Assembly: GCA_050230475.1 (NCBI GenBank)
Contig: JBFLGF010000099.1
Span: 1 to 64,000 of the forward strand
DNA from: Ancylonema sp.
Lineage: Eukaryota
Direction of reading: 5' to 3'
Length of the DNA stretch: 64,000 nucleotides
In this document: positions 12,389-26,289 of the stretch, one piece after another
Position numbering within the stretch: the first letter of the stretch is position 1
Layout: each line of letters opens with the position of its first letter
The notes under the pieces: generated by a model
What the model was told of the DNA's origin: nothing
The model's database searches: none
The model's input: only the letters and a program-made list of their open reading frames with translations
Translations under genes and position numbers: made by a program

Positions 12389-14060
12389 TGTCATGACGCT
12401 AGAGATCGCTAAGGAGAAAACCCCTCTAGATTGATTAGAATCCCCTCTATATTAATACTTCTCTATAACGAGAATGTTCGATACAACGATATCTAGAATT
12501 AGTATTTTACAAGAAAAATAGCGAAGTACGATTTTTAACGACTCGAAAATAACCCGCGGCGTAATTTCCGAAGTCTAGAATCCAACAGTTCAACAAATAG
12601 TTGCGTGTCGATTTTTGCAAATCACAAGTTACTTTCGACTTGTCGATAATCCCGGCGATAAAATCCAGCCGTAGAATTAGAGTTAATATCTCGCGCCGTT
12701 TCATCGTAGCGTCGAGATTGCTTTGAAAGATCTAGAAGCCAGCCTGTCGTTATCTTCGACAAACTCTGCCAAACTTCCGGTGTTAGATTGCGTTGTTCAA
12801 AAGTCCCTTCAATACAGTATAACGTATCTAAAGGAATACTGTCATAAAAATAACATGTCTAAAGGAATAGAAAATGTTCCCCCCGACGTTGGGGGAGTGT
12901 AATTATTCCAAAACCTGCATAACTGTCTAAAGGAATACTTTTCTAGCCCCCCGTGATACGTGTAAAGGAATAAAGTACAGAATCCGTACATATTGTGACA
13001 GCTTTGTGTTCATCCGTACCGTATTCGTATATCCCAGATTGTGGGACGTTACGAAAAATAACGCAAAATGAAAAAATAGGGCAACGGGCAATATTTACCA
13101 GGTGGTATCAGTGCCTTCCACGTGCACGTACATTGTTGGAAATGATAAATTTGGCACCTAATATCTCCCACATCGTGGGAAGGTGCTCGAGACACGCTAC
13201 ACGATAAAATATTGCATGTGTGAACCGGAGAACACGTTTGAACGGATTCTGAGCTGGATATTGGCTTCTTTCCCGTCGTAGGAACATAGGAACGGGTTTC
13301 ACGACATTTAGAACCAAAATTTTATAAGTGCATAACCTGTCTAAACGAATGTTTTTTCTCCTCCCCGACAGTATTCCTTTAGACACGTTATACTATAATT
13401 CTTTGTGTAACTCCGAATCCTTGAAGTTATGTGTAATTGCATCTCTTCGCTTACGCGACTCTGCAACGTGCTCGTTTTCTGTCTCAGCCTGACATCCGTT
13501 TGCAAGACTGTAAGTTCTCCAAATTACTATTTGCAACTTGTGTGTGTGTGTTTAATTCATTTGATTTTTTTGCTGACGCTCTTTCTAAGCCAGCCGTGTA
13601 ATCGAGTGTAATATCTTGCGTCGATTCGTTGACGCGTCTCTGAGCCAGTAAGCGTGTGTGTGTGTGTGAATTCTGTCGATTTGCTAACGTTTGCTGCGAA
13701 CCAGCACTTTCAGTGTTTTGTTGTCATGTCTGATGTTGCTCGCACCGAGCTAGCAATTGTTAATTACACCTGTCAAGTGACGCTCTTTTTGTGCCAGCAT
13801 CTTTTATCGATACACCGTCGATACTTTACTTACCAAAAGTAACTCTTACGGCTGTTGACCTTTATACTCTGCACCAGATTATAGTATTTGTGTTATAGTA
13901 TTTTCTACGAATTGAGTGCTTTAGTACATCTGTCAGCTTGCCCTCGGCGTTAAGTAGTGAATTTCACAAGACCGCTGAGACGTATGATATATACAAATTT
14001 ATATCATGCAAATTCAAATTCATATATCAGCAGAGACTCAATCTACAATACTTTTTAGAG
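12389..14060. repeat. Dispersed repeat, possibly a long LTR (copy 1, interrupted by a MITE)
   Basis: Starts TGTCATGACG; colinear with 44496-45810 through GAGACTCAATCT. Right end and TSD are not resolved. Confidence 0.75.
12815..13395. mobile_element. pogo/Tigger-like MITE, TA target
   Basis: TA|CAGTATAACGTATCTAAAGGAATACTGTC...GACAGTATTCCTTTAGACACGTTATACTA|TA. Empty site in the paralogous repeat near 44981-44995; related fragments near 10605 and 12040. Confidence 0.85.
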
Positions 14061-14639
14061 TGAGCAGCCGGACCACCAATCCTACAAGAGACCCTTCAAC
14101 CACCTCAGACTATCATCGGTACTCGCGTAGTCAACATCATCGCCACACCACCGCGAGCATCACCAAATGCATCATTATGAGAAACATCATTACGTCAAAG
14201 GGACTTTGAGTCCGCACACCAAGCGAAACTCTGACTTGCGTCATGTAAAGAACACGCGGGGTAAATCGCGAAAGCGAGGTAAACAAGATGATCCACGATG
14301 AGTGACAGCTCGGATGTGCAAGCAACAAGATTGATAACACACGATGCAAAGCAAGCAGATTGCAAAGCAAAGCACAGTAGAAAGAGATATAGAATACACG
14401 AGAGGCAATAATTGTATGCAAGTCTCTTGAGCGTTAGATTCAGCGAAAACTGAATTCTAATTTCGATAAACAAAGGTTTTATTCAAACTTTTACAGACGA
14501 CGCTAGACGTGTGTCGATCTACAATTCAATATCAGAAATAAGTTTCGCGCGCAATTGTCTTATCTACAATCTCTATCGTCGGATATTCAATTCTGTCTTA
14601 GAATAGTACCTACGAATGTACACCGACTACCAGTAGTGT

Positions 14640-15767
14640 GATTGGGCCCGCCTTCTGCAAATGGCGGAATTTGCTTATAACAAATGAAAGCATTCCACCA
14701 CCACCCTTCCCCCGTTTTTTGCCCACTACGGGTACCATCCGCAGATCCGCTCCCATCCTCATCCCAGGCCAGAAAGTTTGGCTGTGGCGCCGCCACGGCG
14801 GACCCTCTTGCTCCTCATCGAAATTCGATGTCCTTTGTGTGGGACCCTTCCGTGTGATTGGTCAGATCGGCCCCTCGGCTTATTGCTTGGAGCTGCCGTC
14901 CTCCATTAAAATCTATCCCGTCTTCCATGTGAGCCTCTTGGAGCCACACATTCCCAATACATTCCCGGGTCCTATTATGGCACCTCCACCTCCGATTATT
15001 GTGGACGGCGGGCCTGAAAATGAGGTCGCCAAGGTCTTCGACTCTAAGATTGTTAGGGGCGGATGCAAAAGGCGTCCCTAGCAAGCGAATTGCAAAATGC
15101 ATATAAGTGAAAAGATGGCGAAATGCCGGATAGGATGAGATGGCGTGAGCCGAGTGAAAAAGGTGATGATATAATCGGGGTGCAAGTACATGAGTTGATA
15201 GGAATGCTCTAAAGGCATTCCTATCGACTAGATATAGGAACTGGCTGAAGTCTGAACCACCGACTACAAGGGGATAACTCACTCTAAAATGATAAGAACA
15301 CATCAAGTCTGGCTAACGGCACAACTGCCTTAGCTAAGGACACATCACCGCTAGGGACACAACTGCGGCCGCTAGGGACACAACTCCACTCTATAGGGAC
15401 AGAACTCGCTTAGGAAACTGAGCAGTAGCGCTCTACGCTAAGTGTGGGGACCTCGCTAGGGAGCCCTAGTGATTGTAGCGAGGGTCCTAACAAAGATCGT
15501 GCGAGGCAAGATCTTTTACCTTGTCAACTGGGTCGGGTACGATGAATTTGGGCGCTCTTGTGAACCTGCCAACAACATGGGAAACGCTACTCAGTGACTC
15601 GCGGATTTTCATGCCACGTTTCCCGATCGGCCTTCGCCTCCCTCATCGCGTTCCGCGTCTTGAAAGGGGGTTACTGTTAGGACCCTCGCTACAGTCACTA
15701 GGGCTCCCTAGTGAGGCTCCCACACTTAGCACTAGAGCGCTACTACCGCAATTTTCCCTATAGCGAG
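14640..15767 (+). mobile_element. 3' fragment of a chromoviral Gypsy: integrase GPY/F region, chromodomain, PPT and start of 3' LTR
   Basis: GQKVWL..VGPFRV..AYCLELP..YPVFHVSLLEP; chromodomain NEVAKVFDSKI|VRGKIFYLVNWVGY; PPT GAAAGGGGG at 15662-15670; LTR from 15675. Confidence 0.88.
15051..15492 (-). mobile_element. Solo LTR inserted antisense in the chromodomain
   Basis: TGTTAGG...CCTAACA with perfect 5-bp TSD AAGAT; same family as 11224-11692. Confidence 0.92.
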
Positions 15768-18700
15768 TGTAGGAATATTCGGATAGCCATGCCTTATGCG
15801 TGCTAGTCCAGTTGTGACCGGTTACTCTAACCGGGCGCCATATTCCTAGATGTGCTTGTATGCGGGGCCGGGCACGTTTGTGTCCGGGCACCTTATCTAT
15901 TGTCACGCTTGATGTCGACACTGAGAGTCGTTATTAGCGGTTGGCATGCTTGACGTGTCTTGATTGGTTCGATCTAGTCATGTCAGGAGTGTCCGGCATG
16001 TGCCGTTGACACATAGATGAGTTGTCACTCAAGGATAGGCCGACGGTCAATTGTACCGACCGTCGGCAGACAACGATCTGTAAAGCGCATCGGGTATTAC
16101 CATCCCCGATGCGATCACAATAATTAATTCGTTCCACACGCGCAACTCTTGTCTCGTTGATCATCAGTGATAGAGATCCTTTGCGTACGGTTCGTTTTGT
16201 CGCCCACCAAATCTCCTGCACGTCTAATCGCTCAAAAGCTTAAAGGTTATGGGCCCACGTGCGGTCTAGTTTAGACGCCGTGTTGGTTAAACTACAGGCT
16301 CCACGCGATCCATTCGCTGCGAAGATCTCTGAGAACGGTATATTGTGTGTCTGTAAGGGCAAATTTAGCCGTGGTTGTTAAGTACTAGTGCTAGACGTAA
16401 TTTCGACATTGCGTTGCACGAAATTGAGCTGAGAGCTGCATTGCAAGAATTGCACTGAGAGCTGAAGTTGCGTGAGAATTCTCGTAAAATCCTACACACT
16501 GTTGCCATAGATATCGGATAAATCTCAAATTCCGCAGTTTACTGGAGCAGATTATATAGGATGGGCCTTCAAGGTCAAGTATGGGTTAGCAAATAAAAAG
16601 CTGCATCGTGTGGTCATGGATTGGGACAGCTTGTTGCGGCGGCGTCGTCCAGATGTTATTTTGCCATTGACACCAGACAATGAGCTGCAGTTTAGTGCTA
16701 GGGGGATCGACGTTGATGTCGAGAGAAGGACTAGGGAGCAACAGATTTCCCAGCAGCTGCCACAGCTCGAGAAATGGGACGAGGATAATCTGGCTGCAAT
16801 GGCGTACAACGTGAAGCATTTGGGTCCCTCGGAGCTGACGCACGTCACGGACTGCACGACAGCTGCCGGGATGTGGGAGACACTGAAGACTTTTTATATG
16901 GTGCAGGGAGCGATCGAGATCGCTAACACCGAGGCTTGCTAAGCGCTATTATTCAAGCGGAGGCTGAAGACCTCAACGTCTACGTGAAGCGGCTGCAGCA
17001 GATCCATCAGGACCTGAAGAACCCGGGTGCGCCGGTGACGCCAATGAAGTAGGCTATTAATTTGCTGAACTCCCTCAACACTCACTACAGCCCCATGGTG
17101 TCGACTCTCATGCCATGGTCAGACTTTTCACGATTCCGCACATAGATTCCGCACATCGTGAGCGCGCTGCTGCGCGACGACGTTCTCAAGGAGCTGAATG
17201 AGCGGAAGAGGGGGGCGCTGCCAGGAGGTCACCACGCTAACTATGGTGGACTTGGAGGGGGTAGCGGAGCTGGAGGAAGCAGCAAACCTGGTGGTGGGGG
17301 TGGAGCTGGTCGCAGAGACGCTGGAGGCGAATGCTTCAAGTGCCACCAATTCGGCCACATCAGGGCAAACAAACTGTACTTCACCATTGGCGGAGGCCAT
17401 GCCGGAGCCTGGAAATGCCACAGGTGCCACCAAGCACACCATTGGGCTACGTAGTGCCCTGCAGCATCGCTAGCAGCTCCGAATGTCAGACATGCACATC
17501 AGGGACGTTCAGGGGGGAAAATCAAGTGCAGATATTGCGACAATCTTGGGCATTCCATTGACAAATGTAGAACACGTGCATCTGATATGGCATTGATGAA
17601 TTCAGAGGCTACTCGAAAGGCTGAAGCACAGGCTAGACTTGCTCGCTTTGCTGACACACCTTTCGATGCTAATGTGGATTATCTTGCTTTTGGTGCATTC
17701 TCATTTGATGTTGCCCGAGCTCTGTCTGCTGGTTCTCACAAAGAGCCTCTCATCCTGGATTCAGGGGCTACTGACCACATTTTCACCGAGCGTGACCATT
17801 TCGTTGAGCACACCCCGACCCTGAGCACGCAAAGAGCCTTCATCACCACTGCTGACGGCTCGTCGCACAAGGTGGCAGGCACGGGTTTCGTGCACATCCG
17901 AGTCACAGGAACGACAACTCGTTCTTCGTGCAGCCTCTCAACTCGATCCACGTCCCTACCTTTGCCTGCACCCTCGTGTCGACATCACATGCCTCGTCAA
18001 AAGAGGTGGGCTGAGCTTCTTACAGTTGCCCACGCGGGTCTTGAATTGAAAAAGGGGGATGTGAAATGGGCTGATGTAGATGAACAGCCTAGTGGTCTCA
18101 CTTTGCTAGCTGCTACCACATCATCGCCTGGGTCTCACAATACTACAGCAAACTTATCCACAGGCATGATCTGGCATCACAAACTGGGTCACCCTGGTGC
18201 TGATGTAATGTCAGATTTTGTCAGACGTGGGGACATCCCTAAGTTAAGTTCAAATGAATTAGCTGAGGTCAAGGGTTGTCAGGTTTGCTGTCAGGGAAAG
18301 ATGCATCAGTTGAGTCACGCCAAGGCTAGCGAAGATCTAGGGACATGCCCCAAGATGAGACGCATTCACCTGGATCTGATTGGACCTCTGTCTGTTAGGT
18401 CTGCTAATGGAGGTTTCACATATGCACAGACAGGGATTGAGGTGTCCACACATCTGCCATTTGTCAGTTTACTGAAAACATAGGATGAAGCACTGGACCG
18501 AGCATATGTCACTATACAGTTGCTCGAGGTACAGTCAGGGTTGCCACTAAAATCTATCAGGACAGACAAGGGTGGGGAGTATGTGTCTCAGGACTGGATA
18601 AACTACTGTGGGGGGAAGGGTATTGATAAACAAACCACAGATGCGTACAGTCCTGAGCAGAATGGCATATGTGAGAGACTGAACATAAATTTGACAGAAA

Positions 18701-21700
18701 AGATGCGTTGTATACTGATTTGGTCAGGTTTACCGAAGTCTTATTGGGATGTCGCATTCTTGCATGCAAACTGGTTAAGAAACAAAACACCAACTAAGTC
18801 GCTCGCTGGCAAAATACCCATTGAAGTCTAAGAGGGAAAGAAGTTGTAAATGAACAAAAATCATAACTTTGGGTGTCTGGTGCAATATTTGAAAGTTGGG
18901 GCGGAAAAGAACAGGCAAGGGGACAAGTTTGCCCCTCGGACTTGCTTTGGTGTGTTTTTGGGGATGGCTGCGGGGAGTGCAGGCTACAATGTGTTCGACC
19001 CTCATAGGGCGGGGGTGATAGCACGCACGGACGTGCGGTTCTTCGAGGAGGTGCCGGGGTACCCGAAATTGATGGGGGGGAGAGCTCCCCAGGTTGAGGC
19101 CAACGCAGAGAAGCACTTCTTCTATCTGTTCCCCGACACCGACGACGATGAGCCCCCAGCAGCAGTTCCAGCAAGAGTAGTTCCCCCACTCATGCCAGCA
19201 ATCCTGCCAGCAGTGCCAGTACCAGCAGTTCCAGCAGCCCTAGCGCCAGCAGCTGCCAACAACCCCGCGCACTTACACTTCCAGCCACAAGCTGCTGAGG
19301 TCCCCATCGATGCGATTGAGTTGTCTGACAGCCAGTCTGGGATCAACAATGCAGGAGGTGGAGATGGAGGGGAGGAGGAGGTGCAAGGAGGGGGTGCGAG
19401 CCGAGAAGTGGGGGAGCCAGGCAGCATAGCTGAGCGGGTGATGGCCAAGCGGAGGGCCAACTTTGCGCAGTATGGGGACATTCTGTGATGCGATGGGGAG
19501 GGGTTCGACGACGAGGCACACGCCAACTACTCACCGACTGAGTGGGAGCCTAGGTGTTTCTTCATTGGCTTAAAAGGTCTTGTAGATCCTGGCTACGCCT
19601 GCGTCGCATCGTCCAACAACTCCTCCGAGCCACTCACCCTCAACCATGCCATGAGGAGGCCAGACTGGGACCAGTGGGACAGAGCCATCATTGAAGAGCG
19701 TGCTGCCCTCGAGACGTTCAACACCTTCGCGGTGTGTGTTCTTCCTCCAGGTAAAAAGGTTGTGGGGTGTCGATATGTATTTAAAGTAAAAATTACACCT
19801 GAGGGGGATATTGAAAGATATAAAGTCAGACTCGTCGCACACGGATTCTTACAGCAAGAAGGTATTGACTATAATGAAGTATTTGCACCAGTTATTGACA
19901 GTACATCTATCACCTTACTCCTCGCTATAGCAAACCACTTCGACTGGGAACTAGAACAGATGGACGTAATCATAGCGTTCCTGCATGGACGTCTGGAAGA
20001 AGAAGTATATATGAAATTACCACCGCGTATTATTAAAGGGGGTGCTGAGGGCAAGGTCTTACGACTGAAAGGTGCTTTGTACGGACTAAACCTAGTAGCC
20101 ACGTCTGGCAAGAATTGTTTAGAAAAGTCATGCTAGCTGAAGGGTTTAAACAATGTATCCCATGGATACTTGCATATACATGAGGGGAGAGGGGGACAAC
20201 AGAATCATACGGGGTATTCATGTTGATGATCAGGTCATAACAGGTCCTAACGCAATGGTGGTCCAAACATTTAAAGGGGACATGGGTAAAAAGTTCAAGG
20301 TCAAGAATCTGGGTCCCCTAACCCATATCCTGGGGGTGGAAGTGAAAAGAGGCAGACAAAGAAAATTGCTCACACTGGGACAGTCAGGCTTCTTAAGGGG
20401 GGGAACGATACGGAATGCACGAGTGTAATCCGACAAAACTCCCACTCGCCCTTGGCACACAGTGTATGAAAGATGATGAACCAAACCTTCCCCCTACCAC
20501 TGAAGAAATAACAAACTTTCGAGGAAAAGTGGGATCTCTCATTTATGCTATGAAACAAACCAGACTGGACATCGCATATGCACTAGGGGTACTGGCTAAA
20601 CACATGAGTAACCCTTGGGTCGCACACATAAGGGCTTTGCATCAAATATTCAGATACTTGAAAGGAACTGTCGTCCAGGGACTAACGCTTGTGGGAAAAG
20701 ACAACTTTGAAGTTAAGGGTTAGTGCGATGCATCTTGGAACAGCTGCAGCATGACAGGATAGTCAGTCACAGGATGGGTAACCACGGTTGGGGGAACAAC
20801 ACTTAGTTGGAAGTCACAGAAAAAGTCCACCGGTGCACAGAGCACTGCTGAGGCTGAATACATCGCTGCTTATAGTGTATCTAAGGAATGCTGCTATCTA
20901 AAGTCTCTCTTGAAAGAACTCAAGTTTCCAAACCAAATAACTATCCACACTGATTCCACATCAGCTCTTTCCATGATTCAGAATCCCGTGCAAAGACAGA
21001 AAGCAAAACATTTCAACGTCGTGTACCACTGGGTCCGGGAATGCCACAGCACTAGGAGACTAAAGTATGTGTACCTTGCAGGGGAAAATTAACCAGCATA
21101 TATGCTAACCAAAGCTCTCCCACAGGTTTTACTGGACAGACACAGCAAATGTCTAGGTTTTGGACGGTTGTACTGAACTGGGGGTGTCAGTCTTTTCTTT
21201 TATTTATTATGGGAGGTTTCGAATGCCATGCATGTTGGCAGGGGGTTTGTTTTGTGTTTCTTTCATGCAGAAGTACACTTGGGGAGGGTACAAAAACTTC
21301 AGCCCATCAGCTAAGTCACACTCTTGCCTTAATACCTCCTGAAGAACACTTAAGGACACTTAACGACAGATTTGAAAGTGCATATCTGCTCAAATTTAAA
21401 ATTGTCCGTTTGCACTGTATTGTAGAATGTATGTACTCATAAATATTGCAAAACTTTTGTCAAAATTTGGTGCTGATACGTTCGGTAGTTTTGAAGTTAT
21501 GTTGTTTTGAAATTTCTTGACTGGAAAGTATAAAATGTTGAAATTGTTTGTAAAGTTGAAAAAGTGAAAAAAAACAAAAATATTTTTCTTAAGTTTTTGT
21601 TTTTCGCCTAACTTGTGGTATTTGTTTGTTTGTTCAGGGCTTTGGCCCGAAAAACGACTAAGGTACGGGAGCGATCGGCTGAAACACTTCCGATCGGCTG

Positions 21701-22310
21701 CGTTTGTAGATAGGGCCCCCTAGCACGCTTGTATGCTAGGGAAGACCACACTACTTTATAGGTTATGCAATGGTTCTGCCATGATTTAGCCATAACTAGG
21801 GTAGTCCCTTGGATGTCAACATCAATGCCAACTTTAGCATGGCATCCGAGGGGGTGTGTAGGAATATTTGGATAGCCATACCTTATGTTTGCTAGTCAAG
21901 TTGTACCGGTTACTCTAAACCGGGAGCAATATTCCTAGATGTGCTTATTATGCGGGGCCGGGCACGATTGTGTCCGGGCACTGATATGTTGTCGACATTT
22001 AGAGTCGTGATTGCTTGACGTGTCTTGATTGGTTTGATCTAGTCATGTCAAGAGTGTCCGGCATGTTCCGTTGACACGTAGATGAGTTGTCACTCAGGGA
22101 TAGGCCGACGGTCAATTGTACCGACCGTCGGCACACAACGACATGTAAAACGCATCGGGTATTACCATCCCCGATGCGATCACAATAATTAATTCGTTCC
22201 ACACACACAACTCCTGTCTCGTTGATCATCAGTGATAGAGATCCTTTTGCGTACGGTTCGTTTTGTCGCCCACCAAATCTCCTCCACGTCTAATCACTCA
22301 AAAGCTTAAA
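15768..22310 (+). mobile_element. Decayed Ty1/Copia retrotransposon, possibly composite
   Basis: LTRs 15768-16244 and 21857-22310; PBS GGTTATGGGCCC at 16245; PPT GAGGGGG before the 3' LTR. Gag knuckles, protease ILDSGATDH, integrase IWHHKLGH / IRTDKGGEY / EQNGICER, RT, RNase H HTDS..KAKH, with many stops and frameshifts over about 16510-21176. No clean TSD. Confidence 0.9.
21107..21369 (+). repeat. Copia RNase H end plus 3' terminal segment (putative second LTR type), repeated at 26024-26289
   Basis: Near-identical direct repeat AACCAAAGCTCT...GGACACTTAACGA. Confidence 0.85.
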
Positions 22311-22317
22311 TAGAGTA

Positions 22318-25300
22318 TGTATTGAATTTGCCTCACAAGCCGAGGACAAATCGGTTTAACCAACCGGTGCGTAGGTTGAGTAAAGTCTACTCGCTAACGT
22401 CGTTTCCCGTGAACACAAAAATGCGACTCTTCATATTCACCCCATTGGTGCACACTCAACTATGCGAATCTAGTGCAACTTAGTCCGGTACTAGAGTAAA
22501 CCGGTACAAACTCATAGTACTCGCTTCCGCGCCCATTGCGCCTAAGTGCAACCTACATAATTGTTGATTCACATCCTCATGCATATTGTATTGACTCACA
22601 ACATAGACACACATGCACATTATAGTCACATCTCCGGTCCACGCTAATTCTACAATTATTACTATCGCCACAACTCGGCATTTCCCTTGATTAAAGCACT
22701 AATTTACTTCACATTTTCCCCCTCTCTTTACTACAAGTCAAATGCCCGATGACCCTATGCTTTGTTTATTTTGTGTTCTTCTCCTCCTCCTCCAGAACAT
22801 GTCCACTACATGTCTAGCACTCTACTCTTCTAGTGCTATCATACCCATAAGGCCTCCTCTACAAGCACTTTCACCCCTACGTGATTCGTAAGTTGGTCCG
22901 CCGCATTGCCTTGGTAGGCACAAGTGCAACTCCACCTCTCCACTCTCACCTTCTCCCTCACGTAATGAAACTTGATAATATGCTTGCTCCTCTTCTGTGG
23001 AAGACGGGGTTCTTGGTGATTTTCATAGCCGATTGATTATCACACAAGAGCAAGACCTTCTCACTCTCGACTCCCGTCTCCCTTTGGTACATCCCCAAGT
23101 ACACCCCCTCTTGAACCGCAAAAGACATCGCCATGTACTCCGACTCCGTGGAGCTCAAATCCACCACCTCTTGAAGCTTGCTCCCCCACGAAATCGCCGC
23201 TCCCGCACTCATGAAAACATACCCCGAGCGCCCCCTCTTAGTCTCCATGTCACTCCCGTAGCTCGCGTCGGTGTAGCCCCACACCTCTACCTATCATTCC
23301 CGTAGAAGAGCCCCTTGTCAATTGTCCCCACCAAGTACCTCACTACCCTCTTCGCCGCCTCCCAATGCTTCACCCCCGGATTCTGGCAAAAACGGCTAAG
23401 TGTAGAAACCGCCATCGCAAGGTCGGGACGAGTCCACACCGCGAGATACATGAGACTCCTCACGAGGTTCCGGTAGGGGTAGCGCGCCATCTCTTTCTCC
23501 CCCTCCTCCGAGGTGGGGGAGTCTTCCACCCCTAAGGACCACTCCCGACTCAAAGGGGGTGGACACCGCCGCCTTCCCCCCTTCCAAGGTACTTCCTCAC
23601 CAAATCCTCGACATATCTTCCTTTGCCCGAGGAACACACCCCCGTCTACTCCCCGAGTGATCTCTATCCCCAACAAGAAAACCGCACTCCCCAAGTCTTT
23701 CATCTTGAAGTTGTCACTAGGCCCCGCTTTGACCCCCCGAGAGACTTCTTCACACTCTTCTAAGAAGGAGGTCGTCTACATATAGATAGATGAAGACCCT
23801 CAAGTCTCCTACCCCCACTACATACACTCCGTGATCCGAGAAGAACCGCTCAAACCCCATCGAAAGAAGCACCACATCTATCGTCTGGTTCCACATCCTC
23901 GGCGCCTGCTTCAAGCCATAGAGGCACTTCCACAAGCGCCACACTCTCCCTAACACACCGTACCCTGGTGCCCCCTCCGGAATTTCCACGTACACCTCCT
24001 CCTCGAAGTCCGCGTAGAGAAAATCCGTGCTGACGTCCATCTGGTTGAACTCCCAATTCTCGTTTGCCCCGAAGGCGATGAGCGCCCGAATGCTTTCATG
24101 TCGGACTGTAGGAGCGAATGTCTCTTCATAGTCTACACATTCCATCTGCTTGAACCCCCGAGCGACTACCCTCGCCTTGAATTTTTCAACATTCCCGTCT
24201 TGGTCCTTCTTGATGTGGAGCACCCATTTCATGCTAATGATCCGCTTGCCCTTGGGCCTCTCAACCTCCTCATACACATTATTCTCCTCTAAGCTCCCCA
24301 ACTCAGAGAAAGCTTCCCTCCATTCCTTTCGCTCAGTAACACCAAGTGCCTCAGCTACCGTGACAGGACAGACCAGGTCCACGGCTGCAGCGTAGGAGTC
24401 TGCGAACCGCAGCGGCGGGCCCCGCTGTCTGCCTAAGCGCCTGGGCTGCGAGCCTTGGCCTCCTTGCCCTGACCCCGTCGCTTGAGCCCGTGGCCCCGTA
24501 CCCAGGGCACCTGAGCCCGGAAAAATCCCCTGAGAGCCCAGATCCCTTCGCAAAAACTCAAATCCCCCGTCGTCGTCGTAGTCATCATCACCCGAATCTG
24601 CAGTTTCGTCGTCTTCCTCTTCGTCATCACTGCTATCACTGAGTAGGCTGGGGGTATCATAATCATCGTCCTCGTCATCGTCGTCTCCGTCCTCACCCCC
24701 ACCTGCAGGAGAATGGGCTCCTTCCCCACCTGCAGGGGGAGGGGGAGGGGGAGGGGGTGGCCCGTCGCCCGCGCCTGCGCCAGAATCTGCCGCCGAGTTC
24801 TGGGGGATCTCCACAGGCTCTGCCACGTAGTCAGCTTGCAGAAGCTGCTGCCTCCACCAGCCCCCCTCCACGTCCTCGTCGAAGTCTGCTCCGCCGACAT
24901 TGTAGACTTTCCCCTTCACCGGATCCCAGACCCCCCCTTCACCGGATCCCAGACCCGGTACGAAGGGCTATTGTCCGAGTAACCGCTTCCCGAGCTTCCC
25001 TGCCCTGTCACCCTTCTCGATGGGCGCATACACCTTACAGCCGTAGGCCCGCAGGTGCGCCAAGGTCGGCTTCTTCCCACTCCACAGCTCTTGCGGCGTC
25101 AGATTCAATCCAGTAACCGGCCCCCGGTTCTAGAGGTACGATGCCGCCAAAAAAACTTCCCCCCAGCTTCCGCCCCCGAGCCCAGCCTCCGTCATCATGC
25201 TACGGACTCGGTCCTGGAGGGTACGATTGAGTCGCTCGGCGATCCCGTTCACCTGTAGAGTACGGGGGGTGGTGAACTCCTGGGTGATGCCACGTAGACG

Positions 25301-26023
25301 AAACCAGTCCTTCAACGTCTGCTTCACGAACTCCCCCCCGTTGTCAGTACGGAACCGCCCCACCCGATAACCGGATTCGCCTCTACCAGCGCCATCCACT
25401 CCTTCACCCTCAATTCGACATCAGATTTGTTCTTTAGCAAAATTACCCATGATTTCCTGCTGTAATCGTCGATGAGAACAAACACGTAGAGCTTCCCACC
25501 CCAGCTGGCAGGCTTGATCGGGCCTGCCAAGTCAGCGTGAACGAGATCGAGCGGCTTCCCTGCTCGGAAGGCTGGATCCTTTTGCGGGTGGGGTTTCGCC
25601 AGCGACTTGCCCAACGTGCAGCCACGGCAGACTCCCAGCTCCCCAACCAGGCCACCCTCCAGCCCCCTCACGAACCCTGGCCTCGCCAACTTGTGGAGGG
25701 TGCTAACCGCAGCGTGCCCTGTGCGCCTGTGAAGCAGCCCAATGTCCGTGGCTGCAAACAGCACCTCCGCGGTTGGCGCCAGAAACGGTTAGACGGCTGG
25801 GGGAGGGAGGGGGAGGGGAGGGCTGTCGGGTCCCTGGTCGGCGGGGTACAGAATCTTGCACGTGAAAGTGAGTCGTGCCGTAGCAGAATTCCTCGAAGCT
25901 GCCCACGTGTCGACCCTCACGGCTGACCATCCACACAGTCCCCCACCTCCACGGGATAGTCTAGACGCGTCCCAACCAAACGCATTCTCTGCGTCGGGAA
26001 CAGATTTACCGCCAACTCGGACC
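22318..26023 (-). mobile_element. Second decayed Ty1/Copia element, 5'-truncated
   Basis: LLHRRTGH, LVHADLAGP, FRTDNGGEF, NGIAERLNRTL, KFKARVVARGF, LYGLKQAPRMW, LYVDDLL, GYTDASY..LLCDNQSA. Minus-strand PPT AAAGAGAGGGGGAAA near 22714-22729; putative 3' LTR about 22318-22713 (ends uncertain). Confidence 0.88.
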
Positions 26024-26289
26024 AACCAAAGCTCTTCCACAGGTTTTACTGGACAGGCACAGCAAATGTCTAGGTTTTGGACGGTTGTACTAAACTGGGG
26101 GTGTCAGTCTTTTAATATATTTTATTATGGGAGGTTTCGAATGCCATGCATGTTGGAAGGGGGTGTGTTTTGTGTTTCTTTCATGCAGAAGTACACTTGG
26201 GAAGGGTACAACAACTTCAGCCCATCCAGCTAAGTCACACTCTTGCCTTAATACCTTCGTGAAGAACACTTGAGGACACTTAACGATAG

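Noticed and set aside
11224..15492. Long inverted repeat as the TIRs of one DNA transposon
   Set aside because: Each arm is a separate solo LTR with its own 5-bp flanking duplication.
15768..16496. TGTAGGA...TCCTACA as one 729-bp LTR
   Set aside because: Homology to the second copy stops at 16244, where the PBS begins.
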